From a virus: 64,000 nt of DNA. A program made the position numbers and the translations under genes. The stretch lies in the IMG/VR virus record IMGVR_UViG_2718217965_000001. The stretch is one strand, 5' to 3'. Below are positions 7,448-15,858 of the stretch, in pieces; position 1 is the first letter of the stretch; the number at the start of each line of letters is the position of its first letter. The notes beneath the pieces are model-generated. The model saw only the letters and a list, made by a program, of their open reading frames with translations. It was not told where the DNA came from and made no database searches.

Positions 7448-7843
7448 ATGGAAAAAATTACTGACGTGCTGAAAGAGCTGGAGAAGGTCACCTGCCGTGA
7501 GCTGGCTGTTTATTTTGACCTGACAGCACCTGAAATGCTGGCCCGCCTGATGGTGCTGGAGCGCGAAGGCAAAGCGCAAAACCTGAATGGCTACTGGATG
7601 CCGGGTGGAAGCACCGAGCCCGTAGCGGTAACCAGCAAACTCACAGCGCTGGATATCAAACTGCTCCAGTCTGTGCCGGTTGGCGTCTGGTTTGAGTGGC
7701 AGTCCTTGGCAGGTTTTGTTGATCGCCCTCGCTACCGCTGCGAGCGTCTGGTGGCCGCCGGGTTTATGAATTCGAAGGTTACTAACCCAGCTAATCCGCG
7801 CCACGGCACTAAATTCCAGAAAATCCGCGAGGTGACCCGGTGA
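7448..7843 (+). CDS. Winged-helix-like hypothetical protein
   Basis: GAGG RBS; MEKITDVLKELEKVTCRELAVYFDL. Confidence 0.7.
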   Translation: MEKITDVLKELEKVTCRELAVYFDLTAPEMLARLMVLEREGKAQNLNGYWMPGGSTEPVAVTSKLTALDIKLLQSVPVGVWFEWQSLAGFVDRPRYRCERLVAAGFMNSKVTNPANPRHGTKFQKIREVTR

Positions 7844-8064
7844 TGAGAGAGATACCTGATTGCCCGGTCTGTGGTTCCGCTGCTGAGTTTTATTTTCGGG
7901 ATTACCAGGCTGGAGCCTGTTCCGGGGCCCTGCGATGCCCTTACGGACATCTCCGCGTACAGGATAGCTATTGGGCTGGTGGCAAGAGCAAATCGAAAAT
8001 CCGGCTGATTGAAAAATGGTCTCAGCAGGTCGAACAGAAAAAAGGTGAAGTGAAAAATGGCTAA
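7840..8064 (+). CDS. Small zinc-ribbon protein (Lar-like)
   Basis: CPVCG motif; overlaps both neighbours. Confidence 0.6.
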   Translation: MMREIPDCPVCGSAAEFYFRDYQAGACSGALRCPYGHLRVQDSYWAGGKSKSKIRLIEKWSQQVEQKKGEVKNG

Positions 8065-8842
8065 AAACTCGATCGACGCTTATGGCGCCAGCGGCAAAAC
8101 CAACGTTCTTATGTTCGAACCGGAAAAGCTTCATCTGGTTACCGACAAAGCGCACCCGCTTTACGATGAGCGTATCCACCTGCCTATCAGCGAGGCAATG
8201 GTGCTGAACATCATGGACCAGGGAGTTCTTGAGCCGATTATCGTCTGGAAAGACCCCGAAAGCGGGCTGGCCTGCGTGGTGGATGGTCGTCAGCGCGTGC
8301 GTCATACCCTGGAGGCTAATAAGCGCCTGGTTAAACAAGGTGATTCTCCATTGCTGGTTCCTGCGGTAACTAAACGCGGTTCTGCCGTTCGCATGGCGCA
8401 GGCGATGGTAAGTGCTAACGAAATCCGCCAGGCAGATACACCGCTGGGCCGGGCAAAGAAAATGGCTGATGCGCTTGAGCGCGGGCACGACGAGGACGAT
8501 TTAGCGCTGATGTTTGGCGTGAGTGTCCAGACCGTACGCGCAACGCTATCCCTGCTGGATGCCACCCAGGCAGTCAAAGACGCTGTAGAGTCCGGCACAG
8601 TGACGGTTACTCAGGCGCGTCAACTGGCGTCACTGAAACCCGAAGAACAGCGGGAAAAGGTAGCGGAAATCGAGCAGGCGACCGCTGGCACAACCGGCCA
8701 TGAAAAAGCCCGGCGTCAACGTCAGATCCTCGGTGAGGCAAAGCCGCGCCTGAAAACCCGCAAAGAAATCACAAAAGCCCTGGAATCTGCCGAGGGTGAT
8801 TATGCGAACGCACTTCGTTGGGTGCTTGGGGAGGCGCAATGA
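8057..8842 (+). CDS. ParB/Spo0J-like protein
   Basis: GVLEPIIV...VVDGRQR, ANEIR and an HTH (LALMFGVSVQTV). Confidence 0.85.
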   Translation: MAKNSIDAYGASGKTNVLMFEPEKLHLVTDKAHPLYDERIHLPISEAMVLNIMDQGVLEPIIVWKDPESGLACVVDGRQRVRHTLEANKRLVKQGDSPLLVPAVTKRGSAVRMAQAMVSANEIRQADTPLGRAKKMADALERGHDEDDLALMFGVSVQTVRATLSLLDATQAVKDAVESGTVTVTQARQLASLKPEEQREKVAEIEQATAGTTGHEKARRQRQILGEAKPRLKTRKEITKALESAEGDYANALRWVLGEAQ

Positions 8843-8973
8843 ACTTTGAACCTGAAAATTACAGCCGGCGCGCCCTGCTCTGGTTCGCAGCTGTGATCGA
8901 TATTGCCGGTTGGGTCGCTGTTTTCGTCGTGACCTGGGGTATCTGCATGGTTATTGAATGGTGGGTAGCATGA
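8839..8973 (+). CDS. 44-aa membrane peptide
   Basis: MNFEPENYSRRALLWFAAVIDIAGWVAVFVVTWGICMVIEWWVA; ATGA overlaps on both sides. Confidence 0.55.
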   Translation: MNFEPENYSRRALLWFAAVIDIAGWVAVFVVTWGICMVIEWWVA

Positions 8974-9497
8974 ACAACGACGGATTAACACTCAACCAAC
9001 TGGCAGAACGTAATGCCGCATTGGTCACTGAAGTTGAGAAATTACGCGCCGAGCGTGACCGACTGGTTACGGAGAATGCCTATCTTCTCAACGGCGCAGC
9101 CCGTGAACTTAACACTTCATGGATGTTCCACAAAACGATGCTTGGTGCTCAGGCGGCGCTGGCTTGCCTTTCGCTTGGCAGGGAGTCTGCTGCTCGCGAC
9201 TGGCTGGAAGGTACTACAGACGAAGCTGGGGCCGAGATTCCCGATGATATTACCGTTGCTGGTCTGCAGGCATGGTTCGACAGCCAGATGGTCAGCAATG
9301 ACGGGAAAAGCGGATTCCTGACCCGGGCAGAAGCCGAAGAGGCTATCAAGAAGGCATGTCCCGCAACCGATCGCATCGTAGCCGGGATTAAGGCTGATGG
9401 GGTGGAGCAGGCTGCCAACGAATGTTATGGCGCTGGTTATATCTGCGAAACATTGCTGGCGTATGCCCAGCAACTGCGCGAGGGGGCCGTGAAATGA
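8970..9497 (+). CDS. Ea22/Ead-like coiled-coil protein
   Basis: N-terminal coiled coil; PATD..VAGIKADGVE module. Confidence 0.7.
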   Translation: MNNDGLTLNQLAERNAALVTEVEKLRAERDRLVTENAYLLNGAARELNTSWMFHKTMLGAQAALACLSLGRESAARDWLEGTTDEAGAEIPDDITVAGLQAWFDSQMVSNDGKSGFLTRAEAEEAIKKACPATDRIVAGIKADGVEQAANECYGAGYICETLLAYAQQLREGAVK

Positions 9498-9757
9498 GCA
9501 TCGCCACTTATCTCAATACCGGTTTAGCCATTCTTGGATGGGCATACATCATGGTTAAAACAGGCCAGTGGATTACCAAAAATGCTCTGAGGCAGTGGGA
9601 CAAGCGTCGTAAGGAATCTCGCCGCCAGAAAGCTGTGAATGAGTTTTATGACGCCTTTGAGCTTAACAGCCTGGAGCCTGGCTCTACCGTTCGCCTGGCC
9701 ACTAAAGGCGATCTGACAATCATGATGTTCCGCAGCGAGGGAAAGTCCAATGACTGA
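9494..9757 (+). CDS. Hypothetical protein with an N-terminal TM segment
   Basis: ATGA-coupled; 87 aa. Confidence 0.65.
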   Translation: MSIATYLNTGLAILGWAYIMVKTGQWITKNALRQWDKRRKESRRQKAVNEFYDAFELNSLEPGSTVRLATKGDLTIMMFRSEGKSND

Positions 9758-10199
9758 TATCACCGAAATGACACAAGAAGCTGCCCGCGAGTCTGGGAGT
9801 ATTTTGATTATCGTCGCTGCACGTATGGCTCGCCGTGAGTTTTTCACGCCACTCCATGCACTCTGCGAAGCTGGTAAGCGCGTGGTCAGCACTAGAGCGC
9901 TGCATGATGCCGTAGAACGCGCAGAAGAGCGCATGGTTAGCCAGGTCCCGAAAATCGTTGACGGTCACGACAGGTTGACGAAAAAACTGAAAGAGGCCGA
10001 ATCCAGAAACGCTGAGCTTGTAGAGGCGCTGGAGAAGGCGCAGCAGCGGATTGATGAACTGGAGTCCCGCACCGTTAAGATGCCGCATCGAAATCTGGGG
10101 CACCCTAAATTATTCCTTCTTTGCCCGTTCCCTTACTACGACGCAGAGGATATGGAGAAGGCTCTGGCCGCCGCTGGCATAAAGGTGGAGGCTGAGTGA
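9750..10199 (+). CDS. Ead/Ea22-like protein
   Basis: MTDITE start; LVEALEKAQQRIDELESRTVK and ALAAAGIKVE modules. Confidence 0.7.
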   Translation: MTDITEMTQEAARESGSILIIVAARMARREFFTPLHALCEAGKRVVSTRALHDAVERAEERMVSQVPKIVDGHDRLTKKLKEAESRNAELVEALEKAQQRIDELESRTVKMPHRNLGHPKLFLLCPFPYYDAEDMEKALAAAGIKVEAE

Positions 10200-10474
10200 T
10201 GGAAACTGTGAAATTTGCTGTGCAATTACTCAAAAGCGATGACTGCGTAACCTTGATGGGGCGCGGAGAGGTCAGCAAGGACGAGCTTATCGAAGAGGCT
10301 ATTCGCCAGGGTGAGATAGACGCCGATGACCGCGAACGCTTTGAAAAGGCTGAATTCTGCGCCAATAAGTGGATGAAGGCCGTTCCGCGTGAGGGTTATT
10401 CAACATACTACTACGAGTCGCGTGAAGGCGTTCGCGGGGCATTCAAAGCAACCTGTTTGCAATACCTGTGGTGA
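10196..10474 (+). CDS. Hypothetical protein
   Basis: GGAGG RBS; coupled to the upstream gene. Confidence 0.65.
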   Translation: MMETVKFAVQLLKSDDCVTLMGRGEVSKDELIEEAIRQGEIDADDRERFEKAEFCANKWMKAVPREGYSTYYYESREGVRGAFKATCLQYLW

Positions 10475-10481
10475 GGCAACA

Positions 10482-11018
10482 ATGACCAAATCAACCATAA
10501 CCAGAGAGCGCATTCAGCGAATTATCCGAGCCATTAATAGCGAAGCTTATGACGAGGAAGAAATCAGAGAGTGGTTAAGTTCTGATGAAATCATGGAGCT
10601 TTCCCGCATGGCGCTGGCTGCAATGGACGGCGAGCCGGTTGAACTGCCGCTTGACTACCTGCAGGGACACAAAGACGGTCTTGAGTGGGCCGCTCAACTG
10701 GCAGAATCCAACCACCCTGAGACAGGAGACTGGCTTTACGATGACCCTATCGAGCTGGCAAAAGCTATTCGCAAAGGTCCAGATATGCCGCCAGTGCAGC
10801 CAGCGCCGGTAGTGCCGGGTAAATGGATTCCGGTCAGCGAGCAGATGCCGGAAGACCGCACGCAGGTAATCCTATGGGATGCTGAAATTGGAGAAGTAAC
10901 AAGCGGCCACTACAGTCATAAAACACATACTTTTTATCATTGTGGCGATGCTACCGAAAACGAGATAACCCACTGGATGGCGCCTCCAGCCGCCCCGCAG
11001 GGGGTTGGCGATGCCTAA
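10482..11018 (+). CDS. Eaa-like protein with C-terminal DUF551
   Basis: MTKSTITRER start; WIPVSEQMPE...ITHWM. Confidence 0.8.
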   Translation: MTKSTITRERIQRIIRAINSEAYDEEEIREWLSSDEIMELSRMALAAMDGEPVELPLDYLQGHKDGLEWAAQLAESNHPETGDWLYDDPIELAKAIRKGPDMPPVQPAPVVPGKWIPVSEQMPEDRTQVILWDAEIGEVTSGHYSHKTHTFYHCGDATENEITHWMAPPAAPQGVGDA

Positions 11019-11042
11019 ATCCCACGCAGAACGCAAAGCAAC

Positions 11043-11066
11043 AACCCACCATCAGGTGGGTTTTTT
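11043..11066 (+). terminator. Rho-independent terminator
   Basis: CCCACC-ATCA-GGTGGG followed by T6. Confidence 0.8.
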
Positions 11067-11258
11067 GTAGCATGCCTGTAACTGAAGAGCAAAACGTGCT
11101 GTCCATGCTAAAAAATAATGCTCTTGCAACCACGTCTAAAACGAATCCAGAAGCGTTACAGGAGGCGCAGATTTGAGGTACATCCTGGTACACGGTGATT
11201 TTGCGTGTTTTTTGACGATTACTATGGCTTTTTGATGTGTATTACATTCAACCAAAGG

Positions 11259-11287
11259 TTGAAGGATCATCTTTAAGGTAATAAACT
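11259..11287 (+). promoter_or_regulatory. Candidate sigma70 promoter of the TPR-HEPN cassette
   Basis: TTGAAG-N17-TAAACT about 50 bp upstream of ATG 11339. Confidence 0.4.
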
Positions 11288-11338
11288 TCGAGGCAATGAA
11301 AACCAAGTTAGCTCGAAACTGCAATCAAAAAGGGACTC

Positions 11339-12073
11339 ATGGCCGCTCCTAAGCTTAAAACAAACGATATTATCAGGGACTTGAAGCCATCCCTTGAGGC
11401 TGGACGTTTGCTTATGAGCGACTTCGAGAAGCAAACCATGTTACGGCAGGTAAGAAGCATCCCTTCGCGCTATCAATCTCTGGCTTTAGAGGGAATGATC
11501 CACTTCCTTGATGGCAAGAATAGACTGGGCACTGAATCTCTTGAGCGTTCTCTTGAACTCTGTCCAAGTGATGATGTTACGTGGACTAATTACGCAGCCA
11601 TTCTTAATCAAAAAGGTCTATACACCCAAGCTGAGGGCCTGTTTCAACGGGCTATTTTACAATGCGTGCCCAGAATGTTTGAACAAGCATTGTTATTTGG
11701 GGCCTTTTGGGGGGATATGGAGATGATGACCAAAGCCTTAACCATGATTGAAAAGTATGATTGCGAGATTACTTTTGGTGAAAGTGCCTTGAACACTTTT
11801 AAGAACATGAAAAATTTTGATGAAAAGCTTAGGCAGGACATCAAAAATGCTGCTTCCGTGGTGCGTAATATCGCTGAAGAGTTTGGATTGGTATGTACAA
11901 GGTCGCATGTCGAAGATGATGGATTTGGTGAATTAGCATTTACTTGCGAGATTTGCGTAGATGATGTTGATACGTTAATGAATCTAAACTCCAGAGTCAT
12001 TGAGGATATGGTATCTCAAGGCTATGAGTCTTCGCGTTGCGTTGCTTACTTCGAATCTGCGGGGGATCTATAA
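11339..12073 (+). CDS. TPR-containing protein
   Basis: 244 aa; G...LERSLELCPSD...WTNYAAIL...G.Y..A..LF.RA TPR pattern; AT-rich. Confidence 0.75.
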   Translation: MAAPKLKTNDIIRDLKPSLEAGRLLMSDFEKQTMLRQVRSIPSRYQSLALEGMIHFLDGKNRLGTESLERSLELCPSDDVTWTNYAAILNQKGLYTQAEGLFQRAILQCVPRMFEQALLFGAFWGDMEMMTKALTMIEKYDCEITFGESALNTFKNMKNFDEKLRQDIKNAASVVRNIAEEFGLVCTRSHVEDDGFGELAFTCEICVDDVDTLMNLNSRVIEDMVSQGYESSRCVAYFESAGDL

Positions 12074-12495
12074 TGTCTGTAACTCACCATTGTTTTCTCG
12101 ATATTGCTCGTGATTCCGTGGACAAAAGCGGTGAACAGTGGGTGAGAAATGCAGTTAGCAGAGCATATTACTCAATGTTTCACTCAGCCTTGAGGCTTAC
12201 AGGAGGATATGTTCCTAATGAAGATGAGAAAGGTTCCCGGTTAATGGGTGGAACCCATCAAAGATTTGCTGATTACCTTTGTGATGGCACAGCCGCGCAA
12301 GAGTACTCACTTGATGTTACAGAAATAAAAAAAATAGGCCTGGCACTTAAAACTGCACATCATAAACGTGTAACTGCAGATTATAAGCTTAATAGAAAAA
12401 TTAATAAGATAGATGCTTTAACTACTATAAAAAGTGCCGAGGAAATGGATTTAACAATTGATGGGCTCATTAGCAGTAAAGAAAGAGTTATATAG
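12073..12495 (+). CDS. HEPN-domain protein
   Basis: 140 aa from a TAATG overlap; RNAVSRAYYSMFH, GGTH and KRVTADY motifs. Confidence 0.85.
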   Translation: MSVTHHCFLDIARDSVDKSGEQWVRNAVSRAYYSMFHSALRLTGGYVPNEDEKGSRLMGGTHQRFADYLCDGTAAQEYSLDVTEIKKIGLALKTAHHKRVTADYKLNRKINKIDALTTIKSAEEMDLTIDGLISSKERVI

Positions 12496-12502
12496 TTTTT
12501 GA

Positions 12503-12525
12503 AACCCGCCATCCGGCGGGTTTTT
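12503..12525 (+). terminator. Rho-independent terminator
   Basis: CCCGCC-ATCC-GGCGGG followed by T5. Confidence 0.8.
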
Positions 12526-12671
12526 GCTTACTGTAATCACCAAATCACAGTCCTCACTTCGGCTGGTTTTTTCTCGCCTATGCTCATTTTGCTTTTATCC
12601 CCGTAACGGGCGATAATTACCTCGTCAGCCTGAGCAACTGACAACTTACTTCCGGCGCCAAGTGGGGACAC

Positions 12672-12899
12672 ATGGCGCACAAAGTTAAAAACACTCGGAT
12701 CAAAGATTTGTATGCAATAACGTTGCTGATTTTAATAATTGTGCAAGTTGTTGTAGTGAATGCGGTATTTATCTGTGTGGGGCTTGGGTTTCTGGATCTA
12801 TCTGATGAGGTCCTGAAGATTTTCGCTGGATGCTCGATGCCCCATATCTGTGGTCTTGTCTACTGCGTCGTCAATTCTGTTTTCCGAGCAAAAAAATGA
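12672..12899 (+). CDS. 75-aa two-TM membrane protein (moron)
   Basis: Own promoter TTGCTT-N17-GATAAT (12589-12617), GGGGA RBS, terminator at 12901-12928. Confidence 0.65.
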   Translation: MAHKVKNTRIKDLYAITLLILIIVQVVVVNAVFICVGLGFLDLSDEVLKIFAGCSMPHICGLVYCVVNSVFRAKK

Positions 12900-12900
12900 A

Positions 12901-12928
12901 AAGCCTTCTCTTCGGAGAGGGCTTTTTT
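12901..12928 (+). terminator. Rho-independent terminator
   Basis: AAGCCTTCTC-TTCG-GAGAGGGCTT followed by a T run. Confidence 0.8.
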
Positions 12929-13006
12929 ATTGAGTGAACCTGACCTATAATCTTGATGGGTCTGAACAACCCAGCTTATCGACTACTGTGCCACGGAGAA
13001 AAACCG

Positions 13007-13108
13007 ATGGCGCAGAAGAAACACCCTCAAAAGATTTACCCCCTGACACCGGCTATCACTAATGCTGGTGTTTCTGCTTGTCTGTCGCACCAGGGCGGTG
13101 CGATATGA
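13007..13108 (+). CDS. 33-aa leader-like peptide coupled to ninG
   Basis: GGAG RBS; MAQKKHPQKIYPLTPAITNAGVSACLSHQGGAI; ATGA overlap. Confidence 0.5.
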   Translation: MAQKKHPQKIYPLTPAITNAGVSACLSHQGGAI

Positions 13109-13698
13109 GAGACCCCCGTCGCAGATGCAAAGCACCCGGCTGCGGTGCCTGGTTTAATCTGACCTATTCGAATGTTTACTGGTGCTGCGAAGAGCATAAG
13201 CTCCAGTACCTCGCATTTCAGCGTGAAAAGCAGAAAGCCAAAGCGCAAGACCGGTTAAAAAATAAACCCGTTCACCATATCCGCCCTGAACAAACGACGG
13301 CGGAAAAATCCCTGAGCCACTGGCTTGAAGTCACTGAACGCGTGGTTAACACACTATGTCGTGAGCTGGCCCTTGCCAATGGAGAAGGGTGCATTTCCTG
13401 TGGAACTCATAACGCTGCTGTCTGGCATGCCGGGCATTATCGGACTGTCGCTAAAGCGTCTCATCTGCGGTTTACCCGCATCAATATCAATCTCCAGTGC
13501 GATGAATGCAACGTCGGCAAGTCCGGGAATATTAAGGCCTACCGTATAGGTCTGGTTGCAAAATACGATGAGGCTACAGTGCAGGGGCTTGATAACGACA
13601 ACAGAATCCATCGCTGGACAATTGAAGAGCTGGAAGCCATCCGCGCCGAAGCATACGCCGAGTTACGCGCGCTGAAAAAATCGCAGGAGGCAGCATGA
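13105..13698 (+). CDS. ninG: NinG/Rap recombination endonuclease
   Basis: RRRCK..., CISCG, WHAGHYRT, LRF...NI.LQC..CN. Confidence 0.9.
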   Translation: MRDPRRRCKAPGCGAWFNLTYSNVYWCCEEHKLQYLAFQREKQKAKAQDRLKNKPVHHIRPEQTTAEKSLSHWLEVTERVVNTLCRELALANGEGCISCGTHNAAVWHAGHYRTVAKASHLRFTRININLQCDECNVGKSGNIKAYRIGLVAKYDEATVQGLDNDNRIHRWTIEELEAIRAEAYAELRALKKSQEAA

Positions 13699-14465
13699 GC
13701 AAAGGGACTGTTATTTGCCTCTGTGATTTAACCGGGAAAATGGCTGAGCCATGGGTTGAGGCTGGCTATCGCGCCGTCTTGGTGGATCCGCAGCATCCAG
13801 AGACTTGCATTGATGGGGGATATGAAAAGATTTCGGCAACCATTCTGGAAGCGATGCCACGGCTTTCTCAAATTATTCGTACTGAGAACATTGTCATGGT
13901 TATTGGTTTTCCGCCATGCACAGACGTGGCTGTTTCCGGTTCCCGGTGGTTCGAGTCTAAACGAGCCAAAGACCCTCATTTTCAGGCCAAAGCTGCGCTG
14001 GTCGCTGAGCAGTGTCGAATAATTGGAATGGTGACTGGTTGTCCTTGGGCGTTTGAAAACCCGGTCAGCGTATTCAGCAGTATTTTCGGCTCGGCCCATT
14101 ACACGTTCCATCCCTACCAGTTCACTGAGTTAGAACCTGACGACAACTACACGAAGCAAACCTGTCTTTGGACTGGCGGTGGCTTCGTGGATCCGAAAGA
14201 GAATATTCACCCAATGGTAGAAGCGGCTATTGACGTCGTTGTGCTGGCCTGCGGCCGGATGGTGCCGAAGAAGAAGGCAATCGAGGCCACCTCAGGAACA
14301 TCTTTCGCCGGATTGGTGACTGACTGGTATCCGGACAACCGCATTCACGAATGCCCTCCTGGCGACGATCGCGCCAACATCCGAAGCGCAACCCCGCTTG
14401 GTTTTGCAAAAGCAGTATTTCTCTCAAACGCTCCTCACCTCAATAAAAACCAGGAGGTCGCATGA
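13695..14465 (+). CDS. Divergent phage DNA cytosine-C5 methyltransferase
   Basis: FPPCT (motif IV) and ENPV (motif VI); atypical motif I LCDLTG. Confidence 0.7.
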   Translation: MSKGTVICLCDLTGKMAEPWVEAGYRAVLVDPQHPETCIDGGYEKISATILEAMPRLSQIIRTENIVMVIGFPPCTDVAVSGSRWFESKRAKDPHFQAKAALVAEQCRIIGMVTGCPWAFENPVSVFSSIFGSAHYTFHPYQFTELEPDDNYTKQTCLWTGGGFVDPKENIHPMVEAAIDVVVLACGRMVPKKKAIEATSGTSFAGLVTDWYPDNRIHECPPGDDRANIRSATPLGFAKAVFLSNAPHLNKNQEVA

Positions 14466-15106
14466 CTAATTCTTACTGTGAAGCTCTTACGGCGCTGCGT
14501 TCAGCACCCCATCACTATTTAAAAGAAGTCGGCGACCAATGGCGGACCCCGGATCTGCTGTTCTGGGGTATTAACGCGATGTTTGGCCCGTTGATGCTGG
14601 ACCTGTTCGCAGACGACAGCAACGCAAAATGTCCTGTCTGGTACACCGCAGAAGATAACGCGCTGATACAAGACTGGTCGGAAATGCTTTCCTCAATCGG
14701 CGGCGCAGCCTACGGAAACCCACCTTACAGCCGCTCTCAGTACCACGAAAAGCAGGCCATCACTGGCATGACGCACATCATGAACTATGCAGCTGCTCAA
14801 CGAGAGAAGGGCGGTCGCTATGTCTTCCTGGTGAAGTCAGCCACAAGCGAAACATGGTGGCCGGAAGATGCGGATCACGTCTGCTTTATTCGTGGGCGAA
14901 TTGGTTTCGATCTGCCCGAGTGGTTTAAGCCAGCCGACGACAAACAAAGGCCAACCAGTGCGTTCTTCGCTGGCGCCATTGTCGTGTTTGATAAGTCATG
15001 GGCTGGCGAGCGGTTTAGTTACATCAATCGAGCGGTGCTTGAAGCTAAGGGCCGCGCATTTATGTCACTGGCGCAGTTTGCTGCTGGTAAGGGAGATATT
15101 GCATGA
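14462..15106 (+). CDS. Phage DNA N6-adenine methyltransferase
   Basis: DQWRTP, LDLFA, NPPYS, GRIGF. Confidence 0.9.
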   Translation: MTNSYCEALTALRSAPHHYLKEVGDQWRTPDLLFWGINAMFGPLMLDLFADDSNAKCPVWYTAEDNALIQDWSEMLSSIGGAAYGNPPYSRSQYHEKQAITGMTHIMNYAAAQREKGGRYVFLVKSATSETWWPEDADHVCFIRGRIGFDLPEWFKPADDKQRPTSAFFAGAIVVFDKSWAGERFSYINRAVLEAKGRAFMSLAQFAAGKGDIA

Positions 15107-15702
15107 CACCACTACAACGCCGCAGACAAAACACCGCTATGTCAGAGGTCGCGATCGCCACGCACAAACGTTACCTTGGGCGCCCTGAGTTATTGACCGG
15201 TATCCAGTCAGCCTGGATTAAGTCACTTCTTACTGTATGGGGGGAAAGCCAGAGAGGGGAGGTATACCCGCGTAAGCCCACATCACACTCATGCTGGTGG
15301 TCAGTAAAGGGGGAGAGATGGTCAGATAAAGCGTTAGAGCGCTTTACCGCGGCAATTGAGCAGGCAAGGGCTGAGGGCTTTCGTGGTCCCAATGCTCTGA
15401 AGCGTGCTCAGGTCATTCTCTGGCCGAAGCAGGAGAGCAGCGTGATAGATACTGCCATCAGCAACGACGACGCTGAATTCATGGAGAAGTGCGTACTGGA
15501 CGCCTTTGAGGTTACCGACCCGATTTATATTGTCGGAATGAGTTACTACACAACCCGAAAAAAAATATCAGACATAACCAGAGAGCTTCAAAAGCTGGCG
15601 CCCTGGCTGACGGCGGACCAGTCGAGAGAGCGCGTGAAATGGTGCCTCAAGATATTTCAGGGGAAGGCATTTTTAGCCGCCCGCAAAAACCTGAGAAGTT
15701 AG
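15103..15702 (+). CDS. Q: Late antiterminator Q
   Basis: Last early gene before a promoter-terminator pair and the lysis genes; C-terminal HTH-like segment. Confidence 0.7.
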   Translation: MTPLQRRRQNTAMSEVAIATHKRYLGRPELLTGIQSAWIKSLLTVWGESQRGEVYPRKPTSHSCWWSVKGERWSDKALERFTAAIEQARAEGFRGPNALKRAQVILWPKQESSVIDTAISNDDAEFMEKCVLDAFEVTDPIYIVGMSYYTTRKKISDITRELQKLAPWLTADQSRERVKWCLKIFQGKAFLAARKNLRS

Positions 15703-15739
15703 CCGTTTTAGCTTTTTGTGCTCTTAGTTGAAATTAACA

Positions 15740-15858
15740 TTGATTTTCACCCAGAAGTTTAGATAATTCATTCATGCTTGGCAGAGCTGCGCCGCGATGG
15801 CAGCGATGAGAAGCGACAATTTGAACATGACGAAAGCCCCGCCCTTGCGGGGTTTTTT
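15740..15858 (+). promoter_or_regulatory. pR'-like late promoter and tR'-like terminator
   Basis: TTGATT...GATAAT (15740-15767); CCCCGC-CCTT-GCGGGG followed by a T run (15837-15858). Confidence 0.6.

Noticed and set aside
7427..8488. 353-aa minus-strand ORF
   Set aside because: Antisense shadow of three coupled plus-strand genes; no RBS or motif.
12531..12550. Second LexA box (CTGTAATCACCAAATCACAG)
   Set aside because: Spacer is 14 nt rather than 10.
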